Below are positions 23,901 to 36,812 of a stretch of 64,000 nucleotides of DNA, piece after piece. Position numbers and translations under genes: made by a program. Under the pieces are notes generated by a model. That model did no database searches, was not told where the DNA came from, and worked only from the letters and a program-made list of their open reading frames with translations. Origin of the DNA: Octopus bimaculoides (Eukaryota); the NCBI RefSeq assembly GCF_001194135.2, contig NC_068987.1:193183-257182 (forward strand), written 5' to 3'. Each line of letters starts with the position of its first letter. The first letter of the stretch is position 1.

Positions 23901-24469
23901 AGTTCCTTTATTTCAGAGTATTTTATTGTCACTGTTATATATATTACTCTTCTTATTTTCATTAGAAGTAGTGTGTCGAGAAGACACTCAACAAGAAATT
24001 GAAACAAAAGTGAAAAAAGAAAGACAAAAATGGTTTCAAATTTTGTCCCAAAGCCAGCGATTTTAGGGGAATGTATTTAGTCAATTACATCGACTCCAGC
24101 GCTCAGCTGGTACTTTCTGTTTACCATTTTGGTAAATTTATAGTTTCACAACAGACTCGATTTCGGTAGTAAATAATTTTTTTCTTCTGTGGCTTTTTTG
24201 GGTGCAATCGTCTTAGGTGACCTCGTAAGCTATTGGAAATGCATTTTTTTCTGCGGAAAACGGAGGGTGTGTGTGTGTGGGGGTGTCGGAACCTTGGAAA
24301 TTCCCCTTTTGACCCCGTCTTCTGCGTTTTTTTGCTTTCATTGCAATCGTCTTAATTGACCTTATTTCATCGATCCCGAAAGGACAAGATGAGCTCAGCA
24401 AAATTTGAACTAAGAACTTAAAGAAATATTGATGAGCATTTTTTCCGACGCACTAACGATTCTGTCAAT

Positions 24470-24625
24470 AATAATAATAATTCTTTTCTACTCTAGGCAC
24501 AAGACCCGAAATTTTGAGGGAGGGGGCCAGTTGATTAGATTGATCCCAGTACCCCCGAAAGGATGAAAAGCAAAGTCCACCTCGGCGGAATTTGAACTCA
24601 GAACGTAAAGACAGACGAAATACCG
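24470..24625 (-). mobile_element. 3' part of a tRNA-derived SINE split by an insertion (5' part resumes at 25891-25930)
   Basis: Intact copies (44160-44365, 52800-52870) read gaaatacYgctaagcatttcgcccggcg. Here gaaataccg ends at 24625 and ctcagcatctcgccc resumes at 25891. Confidence 0.8.
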
Positions 24626-25890
24626 ATTTATTTATTAGGAATAAAGCCCTAAACATAGATGGGGACACCACAAGTACAGACAAGACTACAGTGGGGATAA
24701 AAATCATAAAACGAATGAAAATGGACGCATGGGCCCCACTCCCATGCAGTACCATTTGAACCGTTATATGTATTATTTACAATTGTTCTTTTTTTTCCCT
24801 TTAATTTCATACTTTTTTTTTGTCTTTAGTAAAACTTCATCAGTGGTTCGATATCTCTCAAATCCACCACTGGTGGAAACTCTTTGAATTCCACCTCCAC
24901 CCCTGGTGGGTCAATGTTATCTCCACACATCTCTTTCAATTTTCTGTAGTTCTCTTCTTCTATCAATATTGCCTTCATATCCTCTGCGTAGACGTATGAA
25001 GGCCCCTTCACTCTTACTATTGAGTGTAACTTGATTATTTTTTTCTGTTTCAACATTTTGTGGGTACGTTACATAATACCATACTCCTACTCCTCCTTCA
25101 TGTGGCCCCTTTCTCCACATGTGAAACACACTGGCCGCCTACCCTCCACAGTAACTCTCAGTCTCACATTTTCCGACAGCACAATCTCCTTCACCACACT
25201 GTTCAAGTCCTCCGTCGTTGCCTGAATCGTCAATTCGATCCCACATCCCCAGCAATCTACCTTCTGGGTCCTTGCTGCCTTCAGTATCATCCCGTCCTTC
25301 GTACTACATATTATGGCTGTCATCAGCCATTCCTCTTTCAATTCGGGTGGCACCTTAACCCACACGTTTTTCACACTACGAGCACCCATTCCTTTGTGCA
25401 GTGCTTTATTGCTTCCTCCTCCGTTGTGAACTGCACCTCCACAGTAGCGTATCTTCTCCCTCTCGTAATGTATGTTGTGAATCTTTTTATATTCTTAACA
25501 CATTCCTCTATGGCCTCTCTTGGTGCTATTTCTATATTTCTCGTGGCTGCCTTCATGGTTTTAAATATAACCTTTCTTTTTGTCACGTTGGCCGATCGCT
25601 CTTCAGGCGGTGTCAGCTTCAAAATGTTTCCTTCCTTTGTGAGTAATTTCTCACTCGCCTTCATCGTTCTAGGCTACACTTTTATCTCGCGGACCCCCAA
25701 CTCTCGCTCGTCTAGTCTTCTGCCCGGAGGCAGGCCGCATAACTTGGGCCTGCCTCCGGCTCCTCCTCCATTTTCTCACAATGGGAAACAAAACAACAAT
25801 TAACGAATTAACAACTTTGGCAACAATTCAAAAAACAATGGCAACAAGTCAATAAACAGTTCAACATAAACTCACCTATTAACTTCACAG
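24626..25890 (-). mobile_element. ORF1-only non-LTR retroelement, copy A (L1/Tx1-type ORF1, frameshifted)
   Basis: ATG at 25771 starts MEEEPEAGPSYAACLR (SYA motif), followed by an RRM-like RGRRYATVEVQF and a zinc knuckle CFTCGERGHMKEE* (last Cys replaced by a stop). It ends ...cctaataaataaat. No endonuclease or RT is present. Confidence 0.75.
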
Positions 25891-26149
25891 CTCAGCATCT
25901 CGCCCCCGGCGTGCTAACGTTTCTGCCAATAATAATAATAATACTAATAAAATGATTGTATACAGTGTTTAGGAGCAGAACCCGTCATTATAGGGAAAGT
26001 ATTCATCTTTTCGAAAAACATTCAAGCAGTTCTTTGGAAGCAACCTCATGTTTTCCATTCAAAATGCATAACAGAAAGACTTCACGTTACGGAAAGACTA
26101 TAAGTCAGACGACATTTTCATAACACGTGGGAAGGCAGACGACACATTT

Positions 26150-26209
26150 TCCAACTTCCGCTCCCACAATCCATCGCTTCTTCCGCCTTTCTCCACCGCA
26201 AAAATGGCG
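26150..26209 (+). promoter_or_regulatory. EIF3H core promoter: ETS-like ACTTCCG, TCT/5'TOP motif, YY1-like AAAATGGCG over the start codon
   Basis: CCTTTCT at 26186-26192 fits YCTYTYY; aaaATGgcg lies at 26201-26209. EIF3H is a known TOP-class mRNA in mammals. The TSS is inferred only. Confidence 0.55.
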
Positions 26210-26263
26210 ACCAGAAAGTCTGCGAAAGAAAGCGTGATCGATTATGTCCAGATCGACGGACTC
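26204..26263 (+). CDS. EIF3H: eIF3 subunit H exon 1
   Basis: MATRKSAKESVIDYVQIDGL followed by a GTAAGT donor; YVQIDGL|VVLK is the eIF3h MPN N-terminus. Confidence 0.93.
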
Positions 26264-26605
26264 GTAAGTAGTTAACTGTCTTATAATATTATGTCCAGAT
26301 TGATTAATTTGTAAGTAATTAACTGTATTGTATTAGAACTTGATTGATTAATAATTAGCGCTGCTCTGCATCACTAATTTCATTATTTAAGTCCCACGTT
26401 TGTGACAAATAAACGGGAAAATGAGAAAAACTGAATTTAAAATAAAAGAAAAAAGAAACGAGTCCTAGAATCGCAATTACTTTCGATAAAATAGGAATTC
26501 TGAAAAACGAAGGAAAGCGAGTCCTCTCTCCACGAGGCCGGAGGGAAAAACTGTTTTAAATCTCCACGGATTTCTCATCATTAGACACAAAATACTTCAT
26601 CATAA

Positions 26606-26692
26606 GTGGCAGAGGTAAAGAATACGTGCACCACCCGTTTTCGGCCAAACAAAATCCCTAATCACCGGGTTTGCGTAGTCTTTACTTTCGCC
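26606..26692. mobile_element. Second copy of the ~90-bp hairpin element, in EIF3H intron 1
   Basis: Its reverse complement aligns along its length with 18099-18192. Confidence 0.75.
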
Positions 26693-28822
26693 GTTATCAG
26701 AATCGAATACTTAAATACAACAGTATAAAGACAATTTTCTTTTTGATAGAGACATTGTGTACATTAACAAAAGCAACCATGAAAACATTTTTTAAAATGT
26801 CATTGTAGCCAAAAAGGGAACATTATGTTATAATCGGCCGTTATTAATGATTTGGCGTTTATTAGTATTTCCTGCCCACCAATTGTGTTCTTATGTGTAA
26901 AGAAAATCCATCACTGTTGGACTTGTCATGCAACCCCAGGTCAGTCCTTATCGAGCAGAAAAAAGACTCAGATGTGATCCAGTCGTGTTCCTTTCCGCCT
27001 CCCACTTTTTTTTAGGGACTAATGTAGCTACAATTTTCTTGAAGGTGGAGAAGCTCTGCGAAATTTCGAAAGTTCAATAAAAGATTTACACCCGTAGAGA
27101 TTGAATTCAATAACACCCAACAAATAGAATAATATTAATAGAGTATATTATTAACGTGGAGACGGAATGGCCCTGTGGACAGGGCAGTGGAGTCGCGGTC
27201 GTAGGATGCAAGAGTGAAGACTACTGGTTTGGTCATATGTTGTATATGAATGAGGACAGTTGCTTAAAGAAGTGCCAATCGCTGAAAGTGGAGGGTACTC
27301 GTGGAAGCTGCAGACCCTGGCACGTCGCCATCATCTCTCTTTTGCACTCTCACCCTCTCGCTCTGTCTCGTCCTTGATCACTGTCTGTCTCTTTCTCTTT
27401 CCTACTGACTTCGGTAACCATGTATCGCCTCTACAGCAAGACACCTGTTTCTATCCTGTCACACTCTAACCTCTCTTCACCTGGCACAAGACAACCTCCT
27501 CCAATACACCCACTCAAGAATCTTTGTTTTGTGAGTTACCTGGTGACCCTGCCAGAGCTGGTGCCATTTAAAAAGCATCCAGGCCACTCTGTAAAGTGGG
27601 TGGCATTAAGAAGGGCATCCAGCTATAGAAACCATCCCAAAACACAGGACTTGGTGCAGCTCCTGTCAAACCATGGAAAATGGACATGCAATTATGGTGA
27701 TGATGCACACGACACATCACATCTGTGTGAGAGACTTGTACATATGTAAATATTGTAAGCATCTTAGCAGCACCTATTTGCTGATTGTGTTACTGCTTTT
27801 CCTATCTTCACATTCTTCATGGTGCTTTTGATTAGGGAGTCGACCCAAGTCATACATCTTCCTCATTCAGCAGCTTCTCATAATTATTTCTATGCTTCTT
27901 AGCATCAGTGATGTTGAGTGTTCCTTTTCGTAGGAAATGTTACAAAAGACATTCAAATAGAAGTTTGTAAGGAGTGATGTGTGGTGATGCGTGGGACATG
28001 TTGTTTTGTCCTGATTGAGTAGACTTCTGATTTTTGTGGGCGCAGTCTTTTATTCAGACACTGTTTATTGAGAGTTGATATTATTCAATATGTTCTATTT
28101 TTAAAGACAGTAAGGTATGATTTGAGGAATAATTTAGCTGCTATTTGTAGCAGGTGAAGCTGACTGTCTATGGCTCAACTTGCATCGTCGTCATCATTTT
28201 ATATCTGCTTTTCCTGTTGGCATGGATTAGGTTAGACCTTTCCCCACTTGCATTTCATCTAACACCCAAAACGCACGAGGGATGGGGCCACATAAAAAGT
28301 GGTGGTGCTATGTAGAAAATATGCAGTAGACTCTGTAAAATGGTTGGCATTAGGAAGGGCATCCAGCTGTAGAAACTTTGCCAGATCAGACTGGAACCTA
28401 GTGTAGCTCCTGGTCTTGCCAGCTCCTGTCAAAGTGTCCAACCCTTGCCAGTATGGAAAATGGACGTTAAATCATGTTGAATGATGATGATAATGAGATA
28501 TATANNNNNNNNNNNNNNNNNNNNNNNNNNNNNNNNNNNNNNNNNNNNNNNNNNNNNNNNNNNNNNNNNNNNNNNNNNNNNNNNNNNNNNNNNNNNNNNN
28601 NNNNNNNNNNNNNNNNNNNNNNNNNNNNNNNNNNNNNNNNNNNNNNNNNNNNNNNNNNNNNNNNNNNNNNNNNNNNNNNNNNNNNNNNNNTATATATATA
28701 TATATATATATGCAAATGAAATTTATCATGAAGGTAAATAATTTCTTGTCAGTGATTTTGATTTCTTAACGTTTTCTGATTCCTTCCATTCAAATAATGT
28801 TTATTGTTGTGTTTACTTTTAG

Positions 28823-28979
28823 GTTGTGCTTAAGCTAGTTAAGCATTGTGTCGATGAAGGTTCTGGTGGAGCTGATTTTGTGCAGGGTGTCTTGCTGGGG
28901 TTGGTTGTTGATAACCGACTGGAAATAACCAACTGTTTTCCCTATCCACGACATCAAGAAGAAGAAGAACTTGATGAGT
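28823..28979 (+). CDS. EIF3H: eIF3 subunit H exon 2
   Basis: AG/GT bounded, 157 nt; [42 protein letters not shown]. Confidence 0.96.
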
Positions 28980-30757
28980 GTAAGTAGAAATCCTATTTCG
29001 TATGTGTTCTAGACAAAGCTGCCCTTCCTGGGCCTCTTAAAACTAATGATCTTGCAAACCTATGTTGGTTACTGTAGATATTACATGTGTAACTCTACAA
29101 GTGTTGTATACTTTGTGTTAAAGCTATACATTTGTTCTGCAGCATGTTCTAGAATCAGAAACAAACACTGCTTGTGCATCTGGTACCCGTGTCAGTGGTA
29201 CGTAAAGAGCACCCATGCTGGAGGCATGTAAAGAGCACCTGTTGCACCTATGGTTGGTGTTTGGGAGAGCATCCAGCTGTAGAAACCATGCCAAACCAGG
29301 CTGGAACCTAGCACAGTTCTCTGGCTTACCAGTTCCAGTCAAACCATCTAACCCATGCCAGCATGGAAAGCAGATGTTAAATGATGACCACATACACACA
29401 TTATATGTATAAGCACAAATGTGGCTGCATAGTAAGAAGTTTGCTTCCCAACCACGTGGTTCGAGATTCAGTCCCACTTCATGGCACTTTGGGCAAGTGT
29501 CTTCTATCAAAGCCTTATTAGTGGATTTGGTAGATGGAAATAGAAAGAAGCCTGTCATATATATGTGTATGTGTGTGTCTTTGTGATTGTGCTTGTCATC
29601 CATCAATTAACAACCAGTGTTGGTTTGTCATAAACTAGTGGCTCAGCAAAAAGAAACTGATAAAATAAGCATTAGGTGAAAAAAAAATTGTAGTAGGGTT
29701 GATTTGTTTGACTAAACCCTTTGAAGGCAGTGCCACAGCATGGCCACAATCTAATGACGGAAGCAGAAAATAAAAGATGTATGGATCCGCTTGGCCTCGT
29801 GGTTAGGGTGTTCAGTTCCTAGATTGGGCAGCACATTGTGTCCTTGAGCAAGGCACGTCAGTTTACAATGCTCCAATCTACTCGGCTGAAAATGAGTTCT
29901 TGCAAGAACTTTCGCCTGTTTCCAGATTAGACACGTTCTCTTGAAAGACTGGAAAGGAAGGACTTTTTGTCTGAGATACAAACACCCTCCCCACACACAC
30001 ACAACAGGTTTCTTCCAGGTTCTATCTATCAAAACCACCACAAAGTTTTGGTTGACATAGGGCTCTAGTAGAAGACATTTACCCAAAGTACCATGCAGTG
30101 GGACTGAACTTGAAATTGTGTGGTTGGGAAGCAATTTACCAGCTGGTTAAATAAATCTTTCACCTTTTGCTAAAAAAGACTTTTATATGTGTGTGTGTGT
30201 AAATAGATATATATTTTTCAAAAGAAAATTATATATATATAATAGATGAAGACAACATTCTGCTCAGATGGTTAAGAAGTTAGCTTCCTCATTGCAAAGA
30301 GCTGGGTTCAGTTCCACTGCATAGTATCTTTGGAACCAACTTTTTAAGTCTAGCTTCAAGTATATCAGAGAGTGTTTCTGTAATTCAGCCACTCAATCTA
30401 GTTGTTAAATGTTGAATATATTGTTGTGAGGGTAGCTATATATATATAATGTATATATGTATGTGTGTGTGTAGTTGCATGACTTAGTGGTTAGGTTATT
30501 GTGCTCACAATTGCTAGATCGTTGGTTCATTTGTGGACCAAGTGGTGCATTGTGTTTTCAAGCAAAATACTTCATTTCATGGTTGCTCCTGTTCACTCAG
30601 CTGCAAATGGGTAATACTGCAATAGAATAGTTTTCCTGCCAGGGAAATGGTCACCTGTTTGTCAAGCAAGTGGGGTGGTATCATTCAAAGGCTGAGACAA
30701 TGCAAAGTGCATTGTGATCAGAGATGTATAACTGCATCCGATAATCTGGTCAATACT

Positions 30758-30805
<48 letters not shown>

Positions 30806-31047
30806 GCACGGTTTATTTGCGATCAGAGTTGTTCAGCAACTGAGGTGCTACTGTATATATAATGGGCACTCATGTACCCACGCATTCCACCTTCCCATTA
30901 TAACAGGGTTTCTTAATCACCACCATCTTCTGCATAACCTCATTACACCCCACCTTTTTTTGCTGTTTACAGTTGGTGCATGTCTGTCTTCTATGTCTTC
31001 TCATTGTTGTTATTAGATTTTAATGACTCTAAATATATTATTTTCAG

Positions 31048-31215
31048 TTCGTTACCAGATTGAGATCTTCCGTAACCTGCGCCATGTCAATATTGACCAT
31101 CTCCATGTTGGTTGGTACCAGAGTACATATTTTAATTCCTTCATCAATCGTACTCTTGTCGACTCCCAGTATAACTACCAACACTCCATTGAAGAGTCAG
31201 TTGTGCTTATTTATG
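31048..31215 (+). CDS. EIF3H: eIF3 subunit H exon 3
   Basis: 168 nt; [25 protein letters not shown]...[12 protein letters not shown]; donor GTGAGT. Confidence 0.97.
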
Positions 31216-32119
31216 GTGAGTCATTATTCATGTTTTTTTATTTATTGTTTTTCAATTTCTACCACTCACAGAAATTTCTAGGGTTTTCATAAGCAGCTGA
31301 TGATTTCAGCTGAGCTGGACCCTTCCTTTTAGACCCTACCCCCACCCCTTCCAAAGCACTAGTAACCTTGAACTCTTTACTGTGACTACCGTTATTTTGT
31401 GTTCCTGCTGTAGAAATTGCTGTTTGCTCCAGTTCAGCAAACTGGAAACAGTTTTTGTGGCTAGTGATAAGAAGGGCCAACACAATGATGCATCCTGGTC
31501 ATGATAATTAGCTGTAAAAATGACCCCAGGCTAACTGCGATCAAGGTGGACTTGTGTGATTCATAAATCTAATAAACTGGTTATGTCTTTGTTTGAGATC
31601 ATATTTTTTATGACTTAATTTAGGAAGGGAATGAGATCACGACTTTTGTTTTAGGGTCTCTGTGACAGGTGGGAGAAAAGAAAGAATATAAACTTCTTGT
31701 GAGCACTTGGTCATGGTAGGCACCCTGAGGAGGTGGTAGGGTTAACAAGAACAGTCCCTCTAACAGGCTTTCCGACAGATTCCTTCGACCAAATTCTGCT
31801 GAGGAGGTTTTGTCAAGGCTATAGTAAAAGACAAGCTACCGTGCTGTGTGATTTATAATTACATGGTTCATCATCATCATCATCATCGTTTAACGTCTGC
31901 CTTTCATGCTGGAATGGGTTGGACGATTTGACAGGAACTGGTCAGAACTGCACCAGACTTTTGTGTCTGTTTTGGCAAGGATTTTACAGCTGGATGCCCT
32001 TCCAAACACCAACCACTTTACAGTGTGGACTGGGTGCTTTTAAGTGGCACCTGCACTGACAGGGTCACCAAGTCTTTGCAAGACGAAGAACTACTTTCAA
32101 GTTTGGTGGAGCCCTGGTG

Positions 32120-32570
32120 AACCCCTACCTGTACACTGAATTTATCACTGTATTCATGGCTGACTCCCACCTTACTGACAACACCTCTCTGCATGGCTTG
32201 TACAGCTCTAGAAAGCCACTCCTCTACTTCTACCTTCCTTAGAGACCACCATATAACACAGTGGGGGACTCTGTCGAAAGCTTTTCCCAGGTTGACGAAG
32301 GGTCAGTACAATGACTTACTTTTGGTCAAGTACTTTTCATGCAGTTGTCGCATTGGGAAGATGGCATCTGTGGTACTCTTCCCAGACACAAAACGAAACT
32401 GCATCTCATCTAGTTTAATTCTATTCCTAATCAATTGAGCTATAACTCTCTCAGTAACTTTCTTGACTTTGTCTAGCAATTTAATACTTCTGCAGTTGTT
32501 TCTATTTGTATTAGCTCTACACCATCTACTGCCCAGCTCTGTACCATATTTGCCCTTTATCACATAGCTA
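32120..32570 (-). mobile_element. RTE LINE RT fragment in EIF3H intron 3
   Basis: RSIKLLDKVKKVTERVIAQLIRNRIKLDEMQFRFVSGKSTTDAIF. Confidence 0.8.
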
Positions 32571-32913
32571 GCTCTCTATATCTCTACCCCCCCCCCCCTA
32601 TTTCTGATGTNNNNNNNNNNCTCTACCCCCCCCCCCCTATTTCTGATGTAACTGCTTGCTAACTTTAGTTCCTCCTTCTCCTCTGCTGCCACCACCAACA
32701 TCAACCTGCAGCAGCAGCCTACTTTCTGTGCTGTTATGGGTTGGACAGATTGTCACAATCTAAGTCAGTTCTTATTTCGAGTCACTGTCCTTCAAAACGT
32801 GTCAAGGACCTCATCCCAAAGTTTCTATGTTGATATCTCACCAGCTCAACCCCAAACCCTGACTGAAGCAGTTTAAACTAAAACTATTTTTTTTGTTTTG
32901 AAATTTTCCTTAG

Positions 32914-33163
32914 ATCCCCTGAAAACCTCTCAAGGGTTTTTATCCCTGAAAGCGTACCGTCTCACTGATGCCATGATGGAGTTTTACAGGGAAGGTGAAT
33001 TCACCCCTGAATCAGTGAACAGGCTGAAGCTAAACTTTGAAAACATGTTTACTGAGATTCCCCTCGTTATCAAGAATTCTCATCTTGTTAATGTGCTTTT
33101 GTATGAACTTGAACAGAAGAAAAACAATGGAGAAAACTACCAATTTCTAGATTTGGCTACAAG
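32914..33163 (+). CDS. EIF3H: eIF3 subunit H exon 4
   Basis: 250 nt; DPLKTSQGFLSLKAYRLT...IPLVIKNSHLVNVLL...QFLDLAT; AG/GT bounded. Confidence 0.96.
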
Positions 33164-33229
33164 GTATGACACTTGTTTATATTTAACTTTTTTCTTTGCG
33201 TGTGTGTGTGTGTGCTTGTATGTTATTTA

Positions 33230-33890
33230 GATCCTCAAATGTAGAAGCTCTCTGAACTTTGCCCAAGCTGTTCGTATTCTAGCGACTTCCTCCACTACTG
33301 CTAACTTGGTCACCTAGGTAACAAAAGCTATCTACTGCTTCTAAGATTTCCCTGAGCATTTGAGGCAGTCTATTGTCTGCTCATATTGTACCTGCTCACT
33401 TGCCACACACAAAGACACTATTCTCAGTTAACTTTCCTGTGACATTGCTACACCTCTTATGTATCCAAAGCTTGCACTGGGTACAATGGGTGGAGTTTCC
33501 ACCAACACCCTTCTCACATATTGAACAGGGTCATCTCCTGAAGAGATTTGTGATTTGTCTATTTTCCTACTTACTAGGGCTTTGGCTTTTGATAAATTAA
33601 CTCTAAGGCTCTTAGATACCAAGCCTTGCTTCCACATCTGAAATTTCTTCTCTCGCTCAGTTTGTGATTCAGCTATAAGAACAAGGTCATCAGCATAAAG
33701 GAGCTCCCAGGGACAGCCGATCTCGAATTCTACTGTTAAGGCCTGGAGGACTAAGATAAACAAGAACTGAACCTTGGTGAACCCCTACCTGTACAGTGAA
33801 TTCATTGCTATACTCATTGCCAACCATCACCTTACTTTCAGCATCCCTGTACATGACCTCACCAACCACTCATCTATCCCTAGCTTCTGC
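33230..33890 (-). mobile_element. RTE LINE RT fragment in EIF3H intron 4
   Basis: GCPWELLYADDLVLIAES (YADD catalytic motif). Confidence 0.85.
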
Positions 33891-35046
33891 CTTGACCACT
33901 AAATAAGGGAGCAGGGGATCTTGTCAGAGGCTTTCTCCATGTTGATTAAAGCCAGCTACAGAGGTTTATTTTTATCATTTTGTTTAAACACCAAGAAATT
34001 TGATTAAAGTCAAATTCTAGTTATGTTTGCCCCATTTCCTTTTACCCAAGGTAGCATAAGTAAAGGTACCCATTGTCATGATGGGTATCATCACACTTGT
34101 ATTATTATGAGGAATTAACTATGGTTAAGGTACAGACATGAGTGTGTGGTTAGGAAATTTGCTTTCCAACCACATGTGTGGCACTTTGGGCAAGAAGTGT
34201 CTTCTACTATATAACTCTGAGCTGAATAAAAGCTCTTTGTGTGAGTTTGGTAGACAGAAACTGAAAGAAGCCTGTTGTATGTGCCTGTGCTTACATATGC
34301 ATTTCTGAGAAAATCACTCAGCTTCACATGGTCATGTTACTGTCACTTTCTTTTACTCTTTGCCTGACATCAAACCTCCTATATGCATTCTTCCATTTCT
34401 ATGTTAATCATCATCATCATCGTTTAACGTCCACTTTCCATGCTAGCATGGGTTGGACGATTTGACTGAGGACTGGTGAACCAGGTGGCTACACCAGGCT
34501 CCTCTTTTCTATATAATGTAAAATATGACAATAAAAACCAACCTACTGACCAACTTTTTTTTATATTAGCAATTTTTCGATGGGGATAAGCCTTGCTGCA
34601 GCATGGTAACGCAATTCTAATGATTAGTTGAAGAGCTGTTATCATATATTACTGTGAAATACTTGACAACAGTTCTGATGACTAATTCTTTGACACCAAC
34701 CTAAGGCCAATCCTGCTTCTCTGATACAAACTTCTTGTTTTAAAGCGATATTAATTAAAGCTTCGTGTTAATTTATGTTCTAAACACCAGTAAATTAATA
34801 ATGACAAAGCTATTTTGCTAAATTCATTTTCTAAATTAATTGTGACAAAAGGAAGTGTTTTTTAACAGAAATATGGTAACATTAGGGTTAAAGGAACAAC
34901 TATTATCATGTGAAGTATTGTAAGTGAGACCTGATGGTCAATCATAATGTGTTCTGTACTACACTAGGTGTGTAGCCCTGTGTACTGTTGAAATTGTTGC
35001 TTACTGAAAATAACTGACTATATATATTGTACGTTTCTATTTGTAG

Positions 35047-35182
35047 CTCCATGTTAGAGAAGAATTTGCGTCAGTTGATTGAATGTGTTGATGATGTGGC
35101 AGCTGACACCAACAAATATTTGACGTTCCAGAAACACTTCCAAAGGCAGCAACAAGCCAAGCAACAGTATCTTCACAAAAGG
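35047..35182 (+). CDS. EIF3H: eIF3 subunit H exon 5
   Basis: 136 nt; SMLEKNLRQLIECVDDVAADTNKY...QQQAKQQYLHKR; phase consistent with neighbours. Confidence 0.95.
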
Positions 35183-36520
35183 GTAACCCTCTCCAGGACA
35201 TTCCTTCTCTTCAAATTTAATTAATCCTTTTAAATAGCAATCACTGTCCTTTACTCGTTAGAAACTACGCAAATTAAAATGGTACTATTTACATTGAAAA
35301 CCTCACCAAAATTTTGACATTGAAATTAGGTTGTTGTGAATTTAAGGGTGAGTGTGGCTGGCCCTTATTTTTGGAAAAATCTGAACTCTGAATGCAAAGA
35401 AGCAGAACCAAGTTGCAGTTCCCAGAGTAAGGGGTCGAGGGAGCTGTTTGCAATGGGACAGACTGTGAAGTAGGAGGGTGGCATCTGTGTTCATTTATGC
35501 ATGTGAAGTTAGTGCAATTGACGCTTCCCGACTTGCTTGTTTTGTCTGTGTTGGAAATTAAGAGGAGATGGTGCATTGGCAGAACAACTGACAAAACATG
35601 TCTTGTGCTTACAATCTCATTCAGGTTAGTTTTTGCCTTTCATTCTTCTGTGGTTGATAAAATAAAGACTCAGTCAAGAACTTGGGTCAGTATCATTGAT
35701 ACCACCTCTCCAACCAAATTTCAGGCATTGTGCCTAAATTAGAAGAAAAAGAAAAAAAAAATGAATCACCCCCATCATCATCATTATTTAATATCCATTG
35801 TCCAGGCTGGCATGGGTTATACAGTTTGACAAGAGCTGGTAAGCTGAGGGGCTGCTCCAGACTCCAGTCTTATTTGGCATGGTTTCTACAGATGGATGCC
35901 CTTCCTAATAATTCTTATTTTGGCACAGGGTCAGCAATTTTAGGGTTGTGGTAGGGCTACTTGATTACATCAACCCTAATACTTAACTAATGCTCGTTGT
36001 ATTGACCCTGGGAAGGTGAAAGGCAAAGTTGACTTCAGTGGAATTGAAACCCTGTGTGATGAGCTGGTGGAAACGGTGTGAAGCTTTTGTCCAACTCGAA
36101 TAATTCTGTGAGCGTTGTTCTGCTGCTGGTGGTGGTGATTGGTATTGGGAGGATGGATTGGCAGAAGCGTTTCTGTTGGACAAAATGGTGTGTGCTGCTT
36201 GTTTGTATGCCTTATGTTCTGAGTTCAAATTTCACAGTGGTCTGCTTTGCCATTCCTCCTACTCTGGGGTCAACAAAGTAAAATACATGTCAAATATTGG
36301 AGTCAGTGTAATCAGCAAAACGTGTCCCTCTGAATTTCTGGCCATATGCTTACCTTAGAAACAATTCTTCAGGTTGGTAGAGCTTGGATGAACTGTTAAT
36401 GCTGGGCAAAAGGCCTTGCAGTATTTCAAATTGACTTTTGGTCTCCTTTCCTCAAAATTGCTAGCCTTGTGTGAAAAATCAGAATTACTATTGTTATTAT
36501 TAATATTGTTATAATTTCAG

Positions 36521-36745
36521 CAACAAGAAATGAATGCTCGTGCAGCAAAAGGTGAACCCCCATTGCCCGAAGAGGACATTAACAAGCTATTTAAACCAAT
36601 TCAACCACCGGTACGTTTGGAAACTATGTTAATAGCTGGACAGATCGACTATTACTGTACACAAATAATGGACTTCACTTCACATAGTTTTGGGAAATTA
36701 TTCATGGCTGACAGTTTGCAAAGGGTCAACAATAATCTCAACTAA
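36521..36745 (+). CDS. EIF3H: eIF3 subunit H exon 6 (terminal; total protein 331 aa)
   Basis: [26 protein letters not shown]...[11 protein letters not shown] to TAA; the summed exons give 996 nt in frame. Confidence 0.96.
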   Translation, partial: QQEMNARAAKGEPPLPEEDINKLFKPIQPPVRLETMLIAGQIDYYCTQIMDFTSHSFGKLFMADSLQRVNNNLN

Positions 36746-36784
36746 TGTCGTAGTGCTTCTTAGTTGACCCTCTTGAATGTTTCA

Positions 36785-36812
36785 AATAAAAAGAGCTCAG
36801 CAATGTAATAAA
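36785..36812 (+). terminator. Candidate EIF3H polyadenylation signals
   Basis: AATAAA at 36785-36790 and 36807-36812, followed by a U-rich tract. Confidence 0.6.

Noticed and set aside
32581-32650. Direct repeat ctctacccc...tatttctgatgt
   Set aside because: The copies flank a 10-N gap, so this is an unmerged contig overlap.
260-36745. Functional cluster of BABAM1 (partner of the MPN enzyme BRCC36) with the MPN protein EIF3H
   Set aside because: There is no sequence evidence of co-regulation; adjacency in an animal genome is most simply chance.
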